A stretch of 64,000 nt of DNA, from the NCBI GenBank assembly GCA_951406725.2, contig OX597826.1, positions 13,764,001 to 13,828,000 on the forward strand, given 5' to 3'. Position numbers and translations under genes: made by a program. Shown here piece after piece: positions 14,190-27,341 of this stretch (position 1 is its first letter; the number at the start of each line of letters is the position of its first letter). The DNA is from Octopus vulgaris (lineage: Eukaryota). The notes under the pieces were generated by a model. The model had not been told where the DNA came from and did not search any database. It saw only the letters and a list, made by a program, of their open reading frames with translations.

Positions 14190-14912
14190 GAGGAACCATG
14201 GTGTAACCCACTATGGTGTGGTTAAAACAAAGAGCCAGCGTGAAATTTTGAGTTACATACACTGAGCATGCTTCGGCAAGAAATGCTTCGGTGACGAGAC
14301 AATGGGTTGTTCGCAATGTTCCGAGTGGCATGGGCGCTTCAAAATGCAGAACCACCGCTTAATCGAGAGTATGCTCATCGTCTTCTTCGACATACGCGGT
14401 ATTGTACATCGAAAATTCGTCCCCCAGCGCTCAGACTCTCAATCGAGAGTTCCGCTGCGACGTTGTCAAGTGTCTGAGGGAGGACATTTGCCTAAAGCGA
14501 CCTGCTCTGTGGAGCGCAAAGTATTGGATTCTTTAGGACGACAATACACCTGGTCAGCGTGCTCTGCTCGCTCGTAAGTCTCTCGCTAAAAACAACATAG
14601 TATCGCTTCCACACACGCCCTATTCGTCAGATTTAGCACTTCCGGACCGCTGTCTCTTCTCCAAGATGAAAATGCAGCTCAAAGGTCATTGTTGTAACAC
14701 CGTTGTTGAGATAAAGAGCGAATTATTGAAGGTCTTCAACTCGCTTATGGAAAGCGACATCCCGGCCGGATTCCAAAAGTGGCAGGAACGTTGTGAGCGG
14801 AGTTTTGCTGCGCAAGGTAATTATTTCGAAGGAGATGATGTTAAAACTCAGGTAAATAAGTTATGTTTTATTAAACGTAGCTAGTCTGGAAACTTTTTGT
14901 TACCACCTCGTA
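14190..14912 (+). mobile_element. Decayed, internally deleted mariner element
   Basis: MLIVFFDIRGIVH, HTPYSSDLA (YSPDLAP-like), FQKWQERCE..AAQGNYFEGD; right TIR-like AAACTTTTTGTTACCACCTCGTA. Confidence 0.8.
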
Positions 14913-15362
14913 GACCTTGCGTTATCGGACATCCTTGACGGGCCGAGTGTGTGGTTCAAAATTCCCTTTTGCTTGTTTGGCAGCACTCCAGCATTTGTCT
15001 CAATCATGTTTTAAATTCGTTTCTTCAGAATGTGTGCAGAGGAGAGGAACTATATTCCACGCGCCAAGCGAAAAATATGAATATAGAGATCTATTATAAA
15101 TCTCTTTTATATTTTTTTAAACTGCTGCATTCGTTTCGTCAACTGGGTCTCACGTAACTCTTTGGTTAGTTATGAATTATTTCTATAAATCATTTACAGA
15201 AAGCTTCTCAGTTGTTTTCCTTCCTTGGTGCATTTATTATTGCAAGGCTTTGAAGAAAGCTTTTAATAGGTGATATTCTAATCATTGTCTATCAAATTAG
15301 AAGTTGCCGTATACTTTATCCTTCTTGTAAAACAAAACTGTCATTCTTGTGTCCATTATTAG

Positions 15363-15450
15363 CGTATAGCTGGAAGCTGCTTCAATCATTCATGTAAGGA
15401 TTGGGAAATGTGTTTACCAGGAAACAATAAATACTACTGCTTACAATTGG
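15363..15450 (+). CDS. Exon 2: EGF-like Cys module
   Basis: TTATTAG| acceptor, G|GTAAGT donor; 88 nt, phase 0 to 1; RIAGSCFNHSCKDWEMCLPGNNKYYCLQL is in frame with exon 1. Confidence 0.85.
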
Positions 15451-16968
15451 GTAAGTTACATTTTGTATGTTAATGTTGATGTAAAAATATTTCGTCTTAT
15501 ATTCTCGTTATGTAGAAAATCCTTTTTGCTTAACCTTTTAGCTTTCACAGTACTCTGTCCAAAGTAACATTGTCTTGAATTAATCCTGCATTATCTTGTG
15601 GCTTTAAGATCTCAGTCATGTGATAATTTATTTTTACTATAACATTGTAAAGTAAATGTGAGATTTTGGATCTAGTCACTTTGATAACAAAAGAGGCAGA
15701 ATATTTTGGCCGCATATAGCCTTTTTAAATGCTGAAGGGTGAAGTAAAAGCCCTATCAGATTCTTGGCGTAGAAGTTAGAGATTTCTAGGTAAAGATAAT
15801 ATATTTAATGTACAACTTTGCTTAATATTGTGTAGTTAATGCAAAACATTAAAATTTGCTAAAGCGTGTGTTCAGAATTCCAGGGAATACTCATTTGAGT
15901 AATGTGGATTGTACTAATTCGTTTAATATGAGATAGAATTCATGCTGTAACTTAAAACATAGTCTGATAATCTTGTCTACTCATAGATTTAAAGACAGGT
16001 TAAATAGTTGTGAGGGAATGAAGTTCAATTCAACCGTGTAGTTCTTGATACTATTGTATTGCTCATCATTATGTGCAAATATCATTTACAATTGGTGTCG
16101 GTTCAGTGGCGTAGGTTTTATCCGCCCTGTTCAATAACCAAATTGACTGCCTTTTTTTTTAAATGTACTGTAGATTCAGACATATATAAAATGGCCACCC
16201 GATGAGGTTTGCACTATTCACAGGGGAAAAGGACGGAAGAAAATATAACTTGACATTCTGACAGAACATCTGAACGGTGCTTAGAGTGAAATGTACAATA
16301 TCCACTTGACAAAAAGCATATTCGAATTGTTCTGGAGATTTCTTTTACCTAATTCTGAGATAAGCCTGTTTATCAATAGTATGTCGTTCTAATACGAAAT
16401 AACTTTCAAGAATCGGTCGGTACTTAACAGCGAATATTAGACAAAAAAGAAATGTATTTTACGAGCGAGATCTTAAATATTCATTGGATATTTACATCGA
16501 TTCGCGTGTTTCTTAAAAACGAAAGGTGAGATTTTTACATTTTGTTGCCAAAGAAGCCTCTGTGTATTCGTTCAACCTGCAAGAAATAACAACCAAATTG
16601 TTGTTTTCGAATCAAGTATCTGACCCCCTTGAGAAAGTGCTTTCCAAGTAGTTCTAGATATATAAAAATTCGAGATAGTTGTTGCAGGAACGGCTTTCAT
16701 CATAAATCTACTTCGTCACGGCTTACTTGAATATTTAGCAACAACAAGAACAATAACAATTCCATCCGGTTCTTCCATCTTTTCCTCAATCAAGTAGTTA
16801 TAATTTTCTTACGATCGTTTAGGCAACAGAAACTAACAAGTGTTATTCACAGTAATGTTTGCAGGATTTGAACTCCCAGCATTGTGTCCGAGACTTAATA
16901 CTGAAAATTAGTTATATAGATCACTATTTTATTCTTCCCCGCTAACTCATGGACTTTTCTCTTGCTTT

Positions 16969-17147
16969 GGCGCAGGAGTGGCTGTGTGGTAAGTAACTTG
17001 CTAACCAACCACATGGTTCCGGGTTCAGTCCCACTGCGTGACATCTTGGGCAAGTGTCTTCTGCTATAGCCTCGGGCCGACCAAAGCCTTATGACTGGAT
17101 TTGGTAGACGGAAACTGAAAGAAGCCCGTCATATATATGTGTATGTG

Positions 17148-17202
<55 letters not shown>

Positions 17203-17390
17203 TGTGTGTCTGTTTGTTTGTCCCTCTAGCATTGCTTGACAACCGATGCTGGTGTGTTTACGTCCCCGTCACTTAGTGGTTCGGACAAAAGAGACTGGGC
17301 TTACAAAGAATAAGTCCCAGGGTCGATTTGCTCGACTAAAGGCGGTGCTCCAGCAAGGCCGCAGTCAAATGACTGAAACAAGTAAAAGAG
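16969..17390 (+). mobile_element. Bipartite tRNA-derived SINE with internal (AT)n/(GT)n
   Basis: GGCGCAGGAGTGGCTGTGTGGTAAG...GGGTTCAGTCCC head; tail GACTGAAACAAGTAAAAG; related copy at 35958-36497. Confidence 0.8.
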
Positions 17391-17844
17391 CAAAAAAATT
17401 TATTCTTGTAGATTGGTTGAATTGTATTGGATTACACAAATTTGTTACAATAACACTCAGGATGAGAAGATTTGAAATCATAATTTTGACGGCAAAGACT
17501 ACTGCAAGCTGTTGGATTAGTCTGAAGCAGCTTTCCGAAACAGAGACATTATACTCACTGTCATAATACGGTGGTTATTTAGTCAACGACCGAACTATAA
17601 GTTTTAAAACTAACTCTGTCAACTTAATATTCGTTCACTGCAGTTATGTAGCAGGAATATTGACTGTTTTTGATTCAATCGACTAATCCTTTCCTTGGAT
17701 ATACGACCTTGTACTCACAAATATGAGTTAGACGAACTTGTTTGAACGATCATGTTACAGTATATATTATTTGTACTTGCATTATCGACCCTAGAGGGAT
17801 AACAAGTAAATTCAGCTTCAATGACGTCTGAGCTCAAGGCTAAC

Positions 17845-19112
17845 TACAGAGCGTTTGAGCAGGTACTGAAAAGCTTTTGGCTTTGGGTAAAAGAAAATAC
17901 AGGAGGGTCAGTTGATTATGCTTTTATTCATCATATGTCCCTCTAAGATTCACACATTCATCACAGCGGTCCTTCGGGTTTTTAAGCACAGGTTTCTTTT
18001 ATTGCAGGGATCCTTCGGCTTTTTTTAAGCAGGTTTTTTAACTCGGAAGTTTGGGCTTCTAATCGTGCCTTTCGCGATACCCTTAAAGTCAGGAACTTTT
18101 CAATTCCCCCTCGTACAATTAGTCACATTCTAAAATTATTCTACCTATCCTGTTCTACAACAGTCTTTTATTAACAAGCAAAAAATTCATTAAGTAAATA
18201 TAGTAGAGTAGGGAGATGGCTCAACTTGTTCAAAGCCAAAGTCACACACAGCAGCCATTGAAACCAAGGACTGGTGTGCTGGAGCACTGACCTGATGAAA
18301 AGATCTCTTCGTCAATTTTCTTTCGTGTATGGTTTTGAGAGCCTTTCACAACTGCCTCAGTAAATTGGGACAGTACTCTTCATTGTTGGTGTGGCACTTT
18401 TGAAGATAGTCAATAAACACAATGCTTTTGCATCCCCAAAAAGTGAGGTCATCATCACTTTCCCTGCAGATGAAATGACCTTGGCTTTCTTTGGAGCAGG
18501 TGAGGAAGAGTGTTTCCACTGCATAAACTGTCTCTTTGTCTCTGGCTCAAAGCGATAACCCCAACACTCATCCAAACATTCAACGAAGCCGGCTGGATAT
18601 ACTTCAAACAATGTCAGATTTCCCCGTGCTATAATCGGACCAGTGTGTTTTTGATTAAGTGTCATAAGACGTGGCGGCCACCGAGCATAAACCTTCATCA
18701 CGCCAGGTTCATTGTGCAAAATAATCTGAACTCTTTCACGAGATATGCTAAAAGCATTTGGCATTTAATTTATAGACAACTGTCTGTCCTCTATCTCAAT
18801 GTGGTGAACATGATCAATGTTTTTCTCGGTGGAAGCAGTTGCAGGACGTCCACACCTTGAGGCATCTTCAAGACTCTCCCATAGCAACCATGTCAGCATG
18901 AATATCCGTGAGAGCTTAAACCCCTTTTCTGCAGGTAATTGAGAACACCACTATGCCGAATATTGCCCGCTTTCAAGACATGTCGCTACTATAATTACAT
19001 TTAAGTTTTCTTTGAACAGTGAGATTGTGTTGAAATTAATGCTTGCAAGATTTCACAACTCTAGTATCACCCCTTCACAGTGAGCCTATGAAATTTTCAG
19101 TCTACCCTCGTA
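17845..19112 (-). mobile_element. Decayed mariner element(s)
   Basis: Minus ORF 18357-18764: ARWPPRLMT (WVPRLLT-like), DECWGYRFEPETKRQFMQWKH, PKKAK; TIR-like ...TTTTCAGTCTACCCTCGTA at ~19095-19112. Confidence 0.8.
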
Positions 19113-19618
19113 CAAGCCTCACTGAAGTCAACTTCTCTTTCCATTAGGTATCAAAAAATAAGTTCATGTAATATTCTGCATATTGATCCATTTGACTCCA
19201 CTCGCCCCTGTATAAGAGGTGGTCTTGTGTAGAGTAAAAAGAATTATTTGGTATAAAAGCGTTAGAGATACCTGAAGAATAAGAGTAGCAGTTAGGCCTA
19301 CAAGTAGGTCAGAAGGAATGAATACCAGTAATATATTGAGGGGAATTTTTCTTGATATATACCTCTTATTCAAAACTTACCCTTCTAATCAGAGAAATCA
19401 ATAACGACTGACTTAGTACAGTATTGTATTATAAGGTGAGACGTTAAACTAGCCACTTAGGTCCACAATCCCGTTTCGCTCCTAGTTTGTGAATTATAGC
19501 ACCAAATCGTTATAGTTTCATTGTTTGTTTGTTTTTTTCCTATCTTGCACACTTTTAAAGTGCCATGTTATTAATATTTGACAAATGCGTTTCTTTTTTG
19601 TTTTTCTACATCTAATAG

Positions 19619-19786
19619 ATAACAAAGACAAAGACTGTGGTCTACCACTGCAGACGAACTCCTCGGTGATCATTTGGGAAAGTGAGCAGTCTGTGGCATA
19701 TAAGTGTTTGGTGAATATGATTGGAGAAGGCACTAGAACATCAAGGTGCAAGGACAGCTCAGTTTGGTCGACACCAAATGCATGTC
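19619..19786 (+). CDS. Exon 3: CCP/sushi domain
   Basis: Polypyrimidine tract + TAATAG|, C|GTAAGT; 168 nt, phase 1-1; DCGLP...VAYKC...G...SRC...VWS.PNAC matches the CCP consensus. Confidence 0.88.
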
Positions 19787-22063
19787 GTAAGTTTTTAAGT
19801 AAATTATATTCTTCTTTGTGTGGGTTGAATAAAGGAAATGAATTCACAGATTTGAAATGGCACACGTATGCACTTAATATTGTTTACTTAATTGCTATTT
19901 TATACCAAGTCAACATTGATCAGGCAGAAATATCATTAAAAGTGTTCCAATGATTCTGATCTCTTATCTCTTTCAGGCAATATGGATTTAGGAATACATT
20001 TTTCAATGTCTCCTTCAAATAACACCTACCTTTATTACCTCACTTAGATCTCCCTCAAATGACGGCCTCTTTTCCTAAAAAGGGGGAAGTGTAGTTGTGA
20101 ATTAAGAAAGACTTGGCTGTTATAACCAGCAGGTCGAACAACTGAATCAAGAACTTTGGTTTTTAATCTAAAATTTATGTTCAGCTGCTCATAATTAATA
20201 ACTATTTCCTTTCCCTTTCTTCTTTATATAAATTTGAAGCTTAATTATTTCATGACAGTGATATAAGGTACAATAGCTTTTTCGTTCACACGATCCTTAA
20301 TATATCGTTAACTGACATTACATGTAAGTAAGATGGCTGGAGCAGAACCAGAGCAACAAATACCATAGCAACAGATCAATGAGATGCAATTCCAGCAGGT
20401 CGAGAAGTAGGCTCACTGAAATTCAAAGTCAACAGACGTTAATAATCTTAGCACATGATCTTTTACAAATGAAATTAATATTTGTTATTATCATTATAAT
20501 TAATATGAATATTACGGTTAGTTTCAACGTAAAGATTATCTCATATTATTATTTGGTTAGAGAATATTATAAAGGTGAAAGGATTTTGTCTTTTTATTTA
20601 TTTCGATTGTCTACCTGCGATGGTGATTAAATTGACTAGGGACAATATACGCGATGAATATCCAATACCAAACAATCTTAACCGCCATATTTAAACTACA
20701 TGAAACTTTGGCAAGCTTACCTCTACCTATTCTGAGTTACTTGAAAGGTGGTGTTCCATTCTCTCTCTTCTATTTGTTGATACCTTTGTTTACCTACCAA
20801 TGCGTTGCTTCACTTTGAAGATGCTTATTTATCCATCCATTATGATGTTTCGATCGCGACATCTTTTCGCTACGAACTGCTAAAGATGCAAAGCAGTATT
20901 TGTGAACTGAAGTCAAACTCTTCATGTCTTGATGTTTCGTTACCTGAAGTCAATTTCAGAGCGGTCGTACACTGTAAGCAAGCAGCAAATACATTCCTTT
21001 AACTCTGCTTTTTCAAATAGGTATTATATCGCCATTTTTTAACGTACCAATCATACTTCTCTCCGAAGAAATACTCCCCTTTGCAGATGAATAAGATAAA
21101 CTCGCAGAGGAGAAGTTTCTACGTCTTCCTTCAGTTTCCTTACACCATTTATGTGGCTGTTTCGGACAAGAAATTTCGCTTTCATGTAAAACAGCTATAC
21201 TATACTGTGTAGTCATTATCCGTAATCTACTTCCAAAACACTTCAGTAGCTCTACTTTGCATCGCTTGCAAAGTTATATGTTCCATGAACATTAAAGTGC
21301 AACGACCTTCACGATAACCAGCCTTTGGTTTTCAGTTCCGAAGTTAATTAAAAACGTAGATTGCCGTGCTACTCATAAACCTTCTCGGTAGTTCAATTAC
21401 TTGGTGAAAAAATTACCACCAAAGCAACTTAAACCGTCCAAAAGATTAGTGTGTTTGCTAGTGTGTGTATATATATATATATACATGCATACATACATAC
21501 ATACATACATACATTCATACATACATACATATATACACACAATCATATATGAGTGTGTGTATGTGTGTGTGTGAGTGTGTGTATAAAATTATCATGGTGG
21601 CTATAAGCAATTCAAAACCAAAAAGCAAATAATTCACCGTCGTTAAAAAGTAACCAGCATTACTAGAAATAAAAGTTGAAGAATCTCTAGCCACAGAAAC
21701 ACATGTTTTATTTACTGACAAGGAAAATAACATCCCCAATGCAAGCGAGTGGCATTAGCCACTTCAATTATTTTATAATTTTCACATTACCATTTTGCGG
21801 AATCAGCCACTGATTCCTGTGGTAAATTCTGTATATGCTGACAAGATAAATTTAACTTCACTTCCCACAATAGAGTAAGCATTATTGATGAGCATTAATT
21901 TCCATGCGAGATTGTCATGCCATTATAATGTCACTCGTTTGTGGGGAGGTTACCTCCCTTGTCAATCACTAGAACATGTGCTTTTGTAACTAAAGAGCCT
22001 TTGACTCTTATTTCTAGCAATACTGCTGCTCCCTGCACCCTTAGTCACTTTTTAGTGACTGTG

Positions 22064-22097
<34 letters not shown>

Positions 22098-22104
<7 letters not shown>

Positions 22105-22310
22105 GTTAATCCAAACATGAAAACACAAAGAGAAAACACAACAACGCGAGGACGTGGAACAAGTATAGTGTTATTGGACGCTCAGGAAAGAAGGAAAGAA
22201 GGAGGGTTTAAGGTTTCGAGCGGAGCTCTTCGTCAGAAACATAGGAAAAGGAAAGATCCAGAGAAGGGAAGACGGAGGAAAAAAATCGCCAACGGTACAC
22301 ACGCGGTCAT
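22098..22310 (-). mobile_element. Penelope-type terminal-repeat relic with degenerate hammerhead motif (22206-22240)
   Basis: Minus strand GTTT-CTGACGA-AGAGCTCCGCTC-GAAAC-CTT-AAAC; flanked by (AT)n. Confidence 0.55.
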
Positions 22311-22342
22311 ATATATACATACATACATACACACACACACAC

Positions 22343-22374
<32 letters not shown>

Positions 22375-22453
22375 TATACATGTGCCCACGTTGTTGTAAT
22401 AATATATTTAAGTAAACAAATACTAAAGTACTGTGTGCTACAACAGGTAATTA

Positions 22454-22487
<34 letters not shown>

Positions 22488-22498
22488 TTTTTTAACAG

Positions 22499-22645
22499 GT
22501 TATTCGTGTAAACTGCCATATATTGTATCCTTCAATATGACAAACAGTACTTACAGCGAAAGTTCCTGGAAGTATGAATGCCAGGAAACCAATACAAGTT
22601 GCCGTATGAAAACAATTTGGAATAACGGATCAAACCATTATCTCG
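22499..22645 (+). CDS. Exon 4: degenerate CCP/sushi-like module
   Basis: T-run AACAG| acceptor, G|GTACGG donor; 147 nt, phase 1-1; YSCKLP...WKYECQETNTSC...IWNNGSNHYL. Confidence 0.78.
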
Positions 22646-23299
22646 GTACGGCTTTAATCATTTTTAATTATTATTCTTTAAAATCAAAGTAAAACATGGA
22701 AATATCTACTCAAAATTACGTATCTAAAACCTTTCTTTATTACTAATACTATCATTATATTCGTTATTATTGTTGTTGTTTTGTTGTTGCTGTGAGCTGG
22801 CAAAATCGTTTGCAAGCGGGGCAAAATGCTTAGCGGCATTTCGTTCGTCTTTACGTACATAACCCTCTACTGATCGGGCAATGCGGTCGGTGGAAGTTCT
22901 GTAGGGGATTAGTGACGGGCAAGGGCGACGAAATTTTTGAGGAAACTCTGGGCATAGGGAGGGATCAACTATTTCGTCTTTTTGGGAGGATTTCCGGGTC
23001 AGGGCTAATAGATAATTTCTAGAAATCCCTAACCTCAAGTGCTACTGGGGAGCTCTGTCGGTTCGGAAGTGCCGTCAGAATGACCTGTCCGAGATGTGTG
23101 CAAGGCAATGAAACGGTTCTGCATGTACTTATCCAGTGTTCAAGTATTGCTGACTTGTGGAGCGTTGCCGAACAGCTGTCGACGTATTTAGGACGGTTAT
23201 CCGAGTCCATCGTGAAGATTGCCCCGCTACCTTCTTTTTGCTGAGAAGAGAAGTCCGTTTTCGTCTGGCTGGTAGCTATAGCGAAAGAGACAGTGTGGT

Positions 23300-24720
23300 G
23301 AATGATATTGAAAAGACAGCTTTGGTCTTGTGCCGCTAATATAAAACCTTCAGTCTCTGCTTTCAGTCCTGAACCTCTCAGCCACTGATGAGTTGTTGAT
23401 TGATCTACATCAGCATTTCGATTTCGAAGTATATAATGTCCATACAGAGGCTTCTGGCTCCACCGATCCTCAATTTGTTTCTGCTCCTTCTTTTCTGCAG
23501 TCTGCTTGATCCATTTTGTTTGTTTTGTGGAAGTGGTTTCAGGTTCTTCAACTATTTGAGGGTTAATGCCAAGTCCCATTGCAAATTTGCAAGCTTGCCT
23601 GATAATAGAATGTGATTTTTTGCTGCTTTCGTGTTTGCACACAAATCGCAGCGTCCAGTCCTCTGTACTAGACAAGTCCCTGTTCATTGCTATTGTGGTG
23701 GTCTTATAACACAGTTCTGCATGCATCATTCCTCTTCCCCCATTACTTCTAGATAGGTACAGACGATCAACATCTGCTTTTGGATGGTGCATGTTCTTAG
23801 AAGTTAGTATTTTTCTTGACTTCCTGCCCAGGTGTTGGAATTCTGTAAGATTCCTATTTAATGATATTAAAACCATATTGGACCACTGGAAGTGCCAGGG
23901 TGTTGATGGCTTCGATGCGATTTTTAGAATTAAGTCAGTTTTTAGAGCCGAGTCTTATTCCCCTGCAATATTCTTTTCTTATTTGTTCCTTCATAGTAGC
24001 ATGTTGTATACCATCTCCTTCGTTTATCCCCTGATATTTGTAATTTACTTGTGGGTCACGCTCCTTGATGGTAGTGTCGGCATCCAAATTAATGGAAGCT
24101 GTTTGCCTGAGCTTGCTTCTTACAAAAGTGCTTTAGCACACTTATCAAGGCCAAAGTCCATCCCGAAGTTATTAGTGAATTCTTTAACATTTGTTAGCAG
24201 CCCCACTAGCTCTTTGTCATTTCTAGCAAACAGCCTCAGATCGTCTATATAAAACAGAAGGTTTATTGTCGTATTGTAAACTTTGAACCCATACCTGGTG
24301 TTATTTAGTTCGTTTGAGAGTGGGATCAGTGCCATGCAAAAGAGTAATGGGGAGAGGGAGTCACCTTGAAAGATGCCTCGTTTGACGTTGTTGTTAGTTT
24401 GGTTCATCCCATTACTATGGTTTAGAAGGAGACGTGTGTCCCACTTGACCATGTAAGAATTTGGAGATGACAGCAGATATCTTATATATCTCAAAGGCCT
24501 TGAGTGAGTATCCAGTTGTGGGACACTACCAAACGCTTTCCTGCAGTCTATCCACGAGATACTCGGGGTCTTCTTTTTGCTCCGGCAATTCGCTACAATC
24601 ATTTTATTTATGAGTAATTGATTTTTGCATCCATAAGAATTCCTTTTAAAGCCTTTTTTAGCATGTGGAAGGATAGATCCTTCAGTGCAGATCAGTAGAC
24701 AGAGACTCGCTATATGGAGC
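23300..24720 (-). mobile_element. Decayed R4/Dong-clade non-LTR retrotransposon (RT region)
   Basis: GCKNQLLINK, RGIFQGDSLSPLLFCMALIPLS, LFYIDDLRLFA, FGLDKCA, HPKADVDRLYL...GGRG, GLKAETEGFILAAQDQ. Confidence 0.85.
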
Positions 24721-25444
24721 ATGGAATAGTCAGGATATTAAAACAGTCGAACAATGCTACGAACGACTTTGCATAAAATATATCCAAGAGCTGGGCCCTT
24801 TCTTGGCTGCTCCAACCTCAAAATTGCACAATGATACTTTTTGTACAAGTAAGTACGTGGAATGCAAAAGCAGAAAAGAAATATTAAACATGGATGATCA
24901 AAGTTGTGGCAATCCTAATTTGACTCAACTGGGTGTTTTTATGGGTGAATTTCTATATTTTCATTAAATTATTTATCATAATTATATTTCTTTTACATAT
25001 TTACTTAAATATCTTGTACAATAATTGCGTCAAATTTAAAAGATTTTTTAAATTTTTAGCATGTCCTGATATACTGGATTTGAAATGCCTTTTACTTCTT
25101 TCTTCGTTCACATTCACTTTTTCCTTTCTTCTTAATATCAATCATATATTTATTCAATAATCTATCCCATATCATTGCTACGAGCGTGCCGCAGCAAGTA
25201 TTGCCTGTAATTTAGTACTGAAGTCGGCATTCATTTCTTGGCAGATACTGATTTCATCCACACCCTGGATGGACTCAAATATGGCCACTTCTGCTAATTT
25301 GTCAAAATTAATATTTAAATATAATGCAGCATGCCTCGCAATTCAATGTGTTATGCGACTGAATCCTATTACATGAAATAATGTTTCTCTAAAATTTCGC
25401 AATAAAACATTCTTATATTCAATTAATTGGAATCTTTTAAACAG

Positions 25445-25579
25445 ATATTTCCTGTACAACGAAGAATAATGTAAGCAGTCAGTTAACAAATTTCAGTTAT
25501 TTTTGTGCCAAAAGTAAAATCGTCGATAATTTCAACTACTTTCAACCCTGTTTACCAAAGAAAGCTAGACACCCTTGTC
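25445..25579 (+). CDS. Exon 5: degenerate 4-Cys CCP-like module
   Basis: TTTTAAACAG| acceptor, TGTC|GTAAGT donor (same ending as exon 3); 135 nt open, phase 1-1; DISCTTKNNVSSQLTNFSYFCAKSKIVDNFNYFQPCLPKKARHPC. Too short for the ORF track. Confidence 0.75.
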
Positions 25580-26165
25580 GTAAGTCTAATAAAATGTTCT
25601 TAATTCTTTTATTATTTTATTATTTTACTAACTGTAGCAAGTTAGAGTAACTTCAAATGCTTTAGTCGGTTATATCGTGCCCGTCTGTTTGTCAACTCAC
25701 CAGAGATATGTAATATAGAAAGTGTTTATTATTACTGGTAACACAACTTCCTATTTGGACCATTGCAAGAAGACTGAAAGAAGTTGGTTTTGTTTCTAAA
25801 ATGTTTTGCACTACAAAAGCTCTTTTCATCAAAAACCTTTCGAACAAAATGCATCATTTAGTCATATGTGCTAAATTGGTCAAAATCCTATTTAGATTTG
25901 TTTCAGAAAGATTTCCAAGGTAACTATCAAGATTTCAGCTTTATATTGGTGCCCCAGAAATATAAGGCATGCAGAAATCTTAATACCGAGTACGCTTTTA
26001 TCTGTAGATTTTTCTGAATTTATAAGATGAAAATAGTCAATTCCTCCTCTGAAATCGCTAAAATCTGTTTAAGAAACAGATTATTTCCCAACCAGTAAAA
26101 AATTTATTACCTGAAGAAGAAAAACAAAGCTGTTGTATATTTAAGAGATGAGGAATTATGTATAT

Positions 26166-26328
26166 TATTTACAATTGACGGATATTTATCCTTATCTTGT
26201 TTGTTGTTAACACAACGTTTCGGCTGATATACCCTCCAAGACACCTGATGAAGGCTGGAGGGTATATCAGCCGAAACGTTGTGTTAACAACAAACAAGAT
26301 AAGGACAAATATCCGTCAATTGTAAATA
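26166..26328. repeat. Near-perfect palindrome (73-bp arms) containing a hammerhead motif
   Basis: 26166-26238 is the reverse complement of 26256-26328 with one mismatch. Confidence 0.93.
26241..26284 (+). ncRNA. Minimal type I hammerhead ribozyme motif (Penelope-type)
   Basis: ACAC-CTGATGA-A-GGCTG(GAGGGTATAT)CAGCC-GAAAC-GTT-GTGT: stem I ACAC/GTGT, stem II GGCTG/CAGCC, loopless palindromic stem III AACGTT. Confidence 0.75.
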
Positions 26329-27341
26329 GCGTGAATGATATAAACAAAGCTATTTTTCAACAACTGCTCAATGACAAAATAGATCAAGAAACAAGTCCAG
26401 TAAAATTATGCTCTGGCTGTGTCAGTCTATATTTCAATCGCATACCGAATATTTGGACATGTATAAGGCACGCACTAGTTGGAGTAAAATTTTCAAAGTT
26501 TTACCAACTTCAGAAAGCCATAAGATTTAAAGAGGACAAAATTAACATTTCTTGTTTCAAAGAAGCTACCTTCTAGCTTATCTAAAGTACTAAGTAATTC
26601 AAAGAAACACAAGCATCAGGCTACTCGATTATAATTTACAGAGGTATTTCTGCTTGTTCTTATATTTTTTATTGAATGCATAACATATAAAATTATAATT
26701 TTCCTTGACTATTAAACTAATTTTTATAGTGTATACTTACAAAATTAACAGATACACAACTATTTACCCGGTTTGGTTTCCAGTCATCATCAGGTATTTT
26801 ATTGCTGGGTGCGTGAACTTTCTTAAGACTGTATTTACAAGTTCTCCTGGGGATAATATTACTATCAGCTTTAATTTAAAAATAAAGGCTCCCAACTCGA
26901 ATCTAATCAAGGGAAAGTGTACACACCCAGGAATAGAATATCAAATGGCGATCTGATGGCAAACAAATGCAAACTCAACATAAATTTTAGTTTTTCCACC
27001 TTCTTTCTTACTGAATTCACAAAGAGATAGTTGAAGGAATGGCAGGAACGTGGTGTGAAAGACAGAAAGATCGATCGATCGATAAATACATACATACATA
27101 TACACATACATATATGTATATGTATATGTATATATAGATATGCACGTTATATAATGTCGATCGAGTGAGAAATGAGCGCATAATATATATTGCAGAGAAT
27201 ATAAAGATCACAGTAATGTGAAACATGGGTCGAGAAACAAACTCTTCGCTTCAGTTTCAATAAAATTATTATACATATACATGTGTGTGTGGGAGAGACA
27301 GAGAGAAAGAGACTGTGTGTGTACATACGTGTGTGTGTATG

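Noticed and set aside
19977-20047. Candidate exon after TTTCAG (RNMDLGIHFSMSPSNNTYLYYLT*)
   Set aside because: Good acceptor but it reaches a stop quickly, with no domain similarity or donor support.
25896-25919. Possible 24-nt phase 1-1 micro-exon (TTTAG|...CAAG|GTAACT)
   Set aside because: Frame-compatible but too short to distinguish from chance without transcript data.
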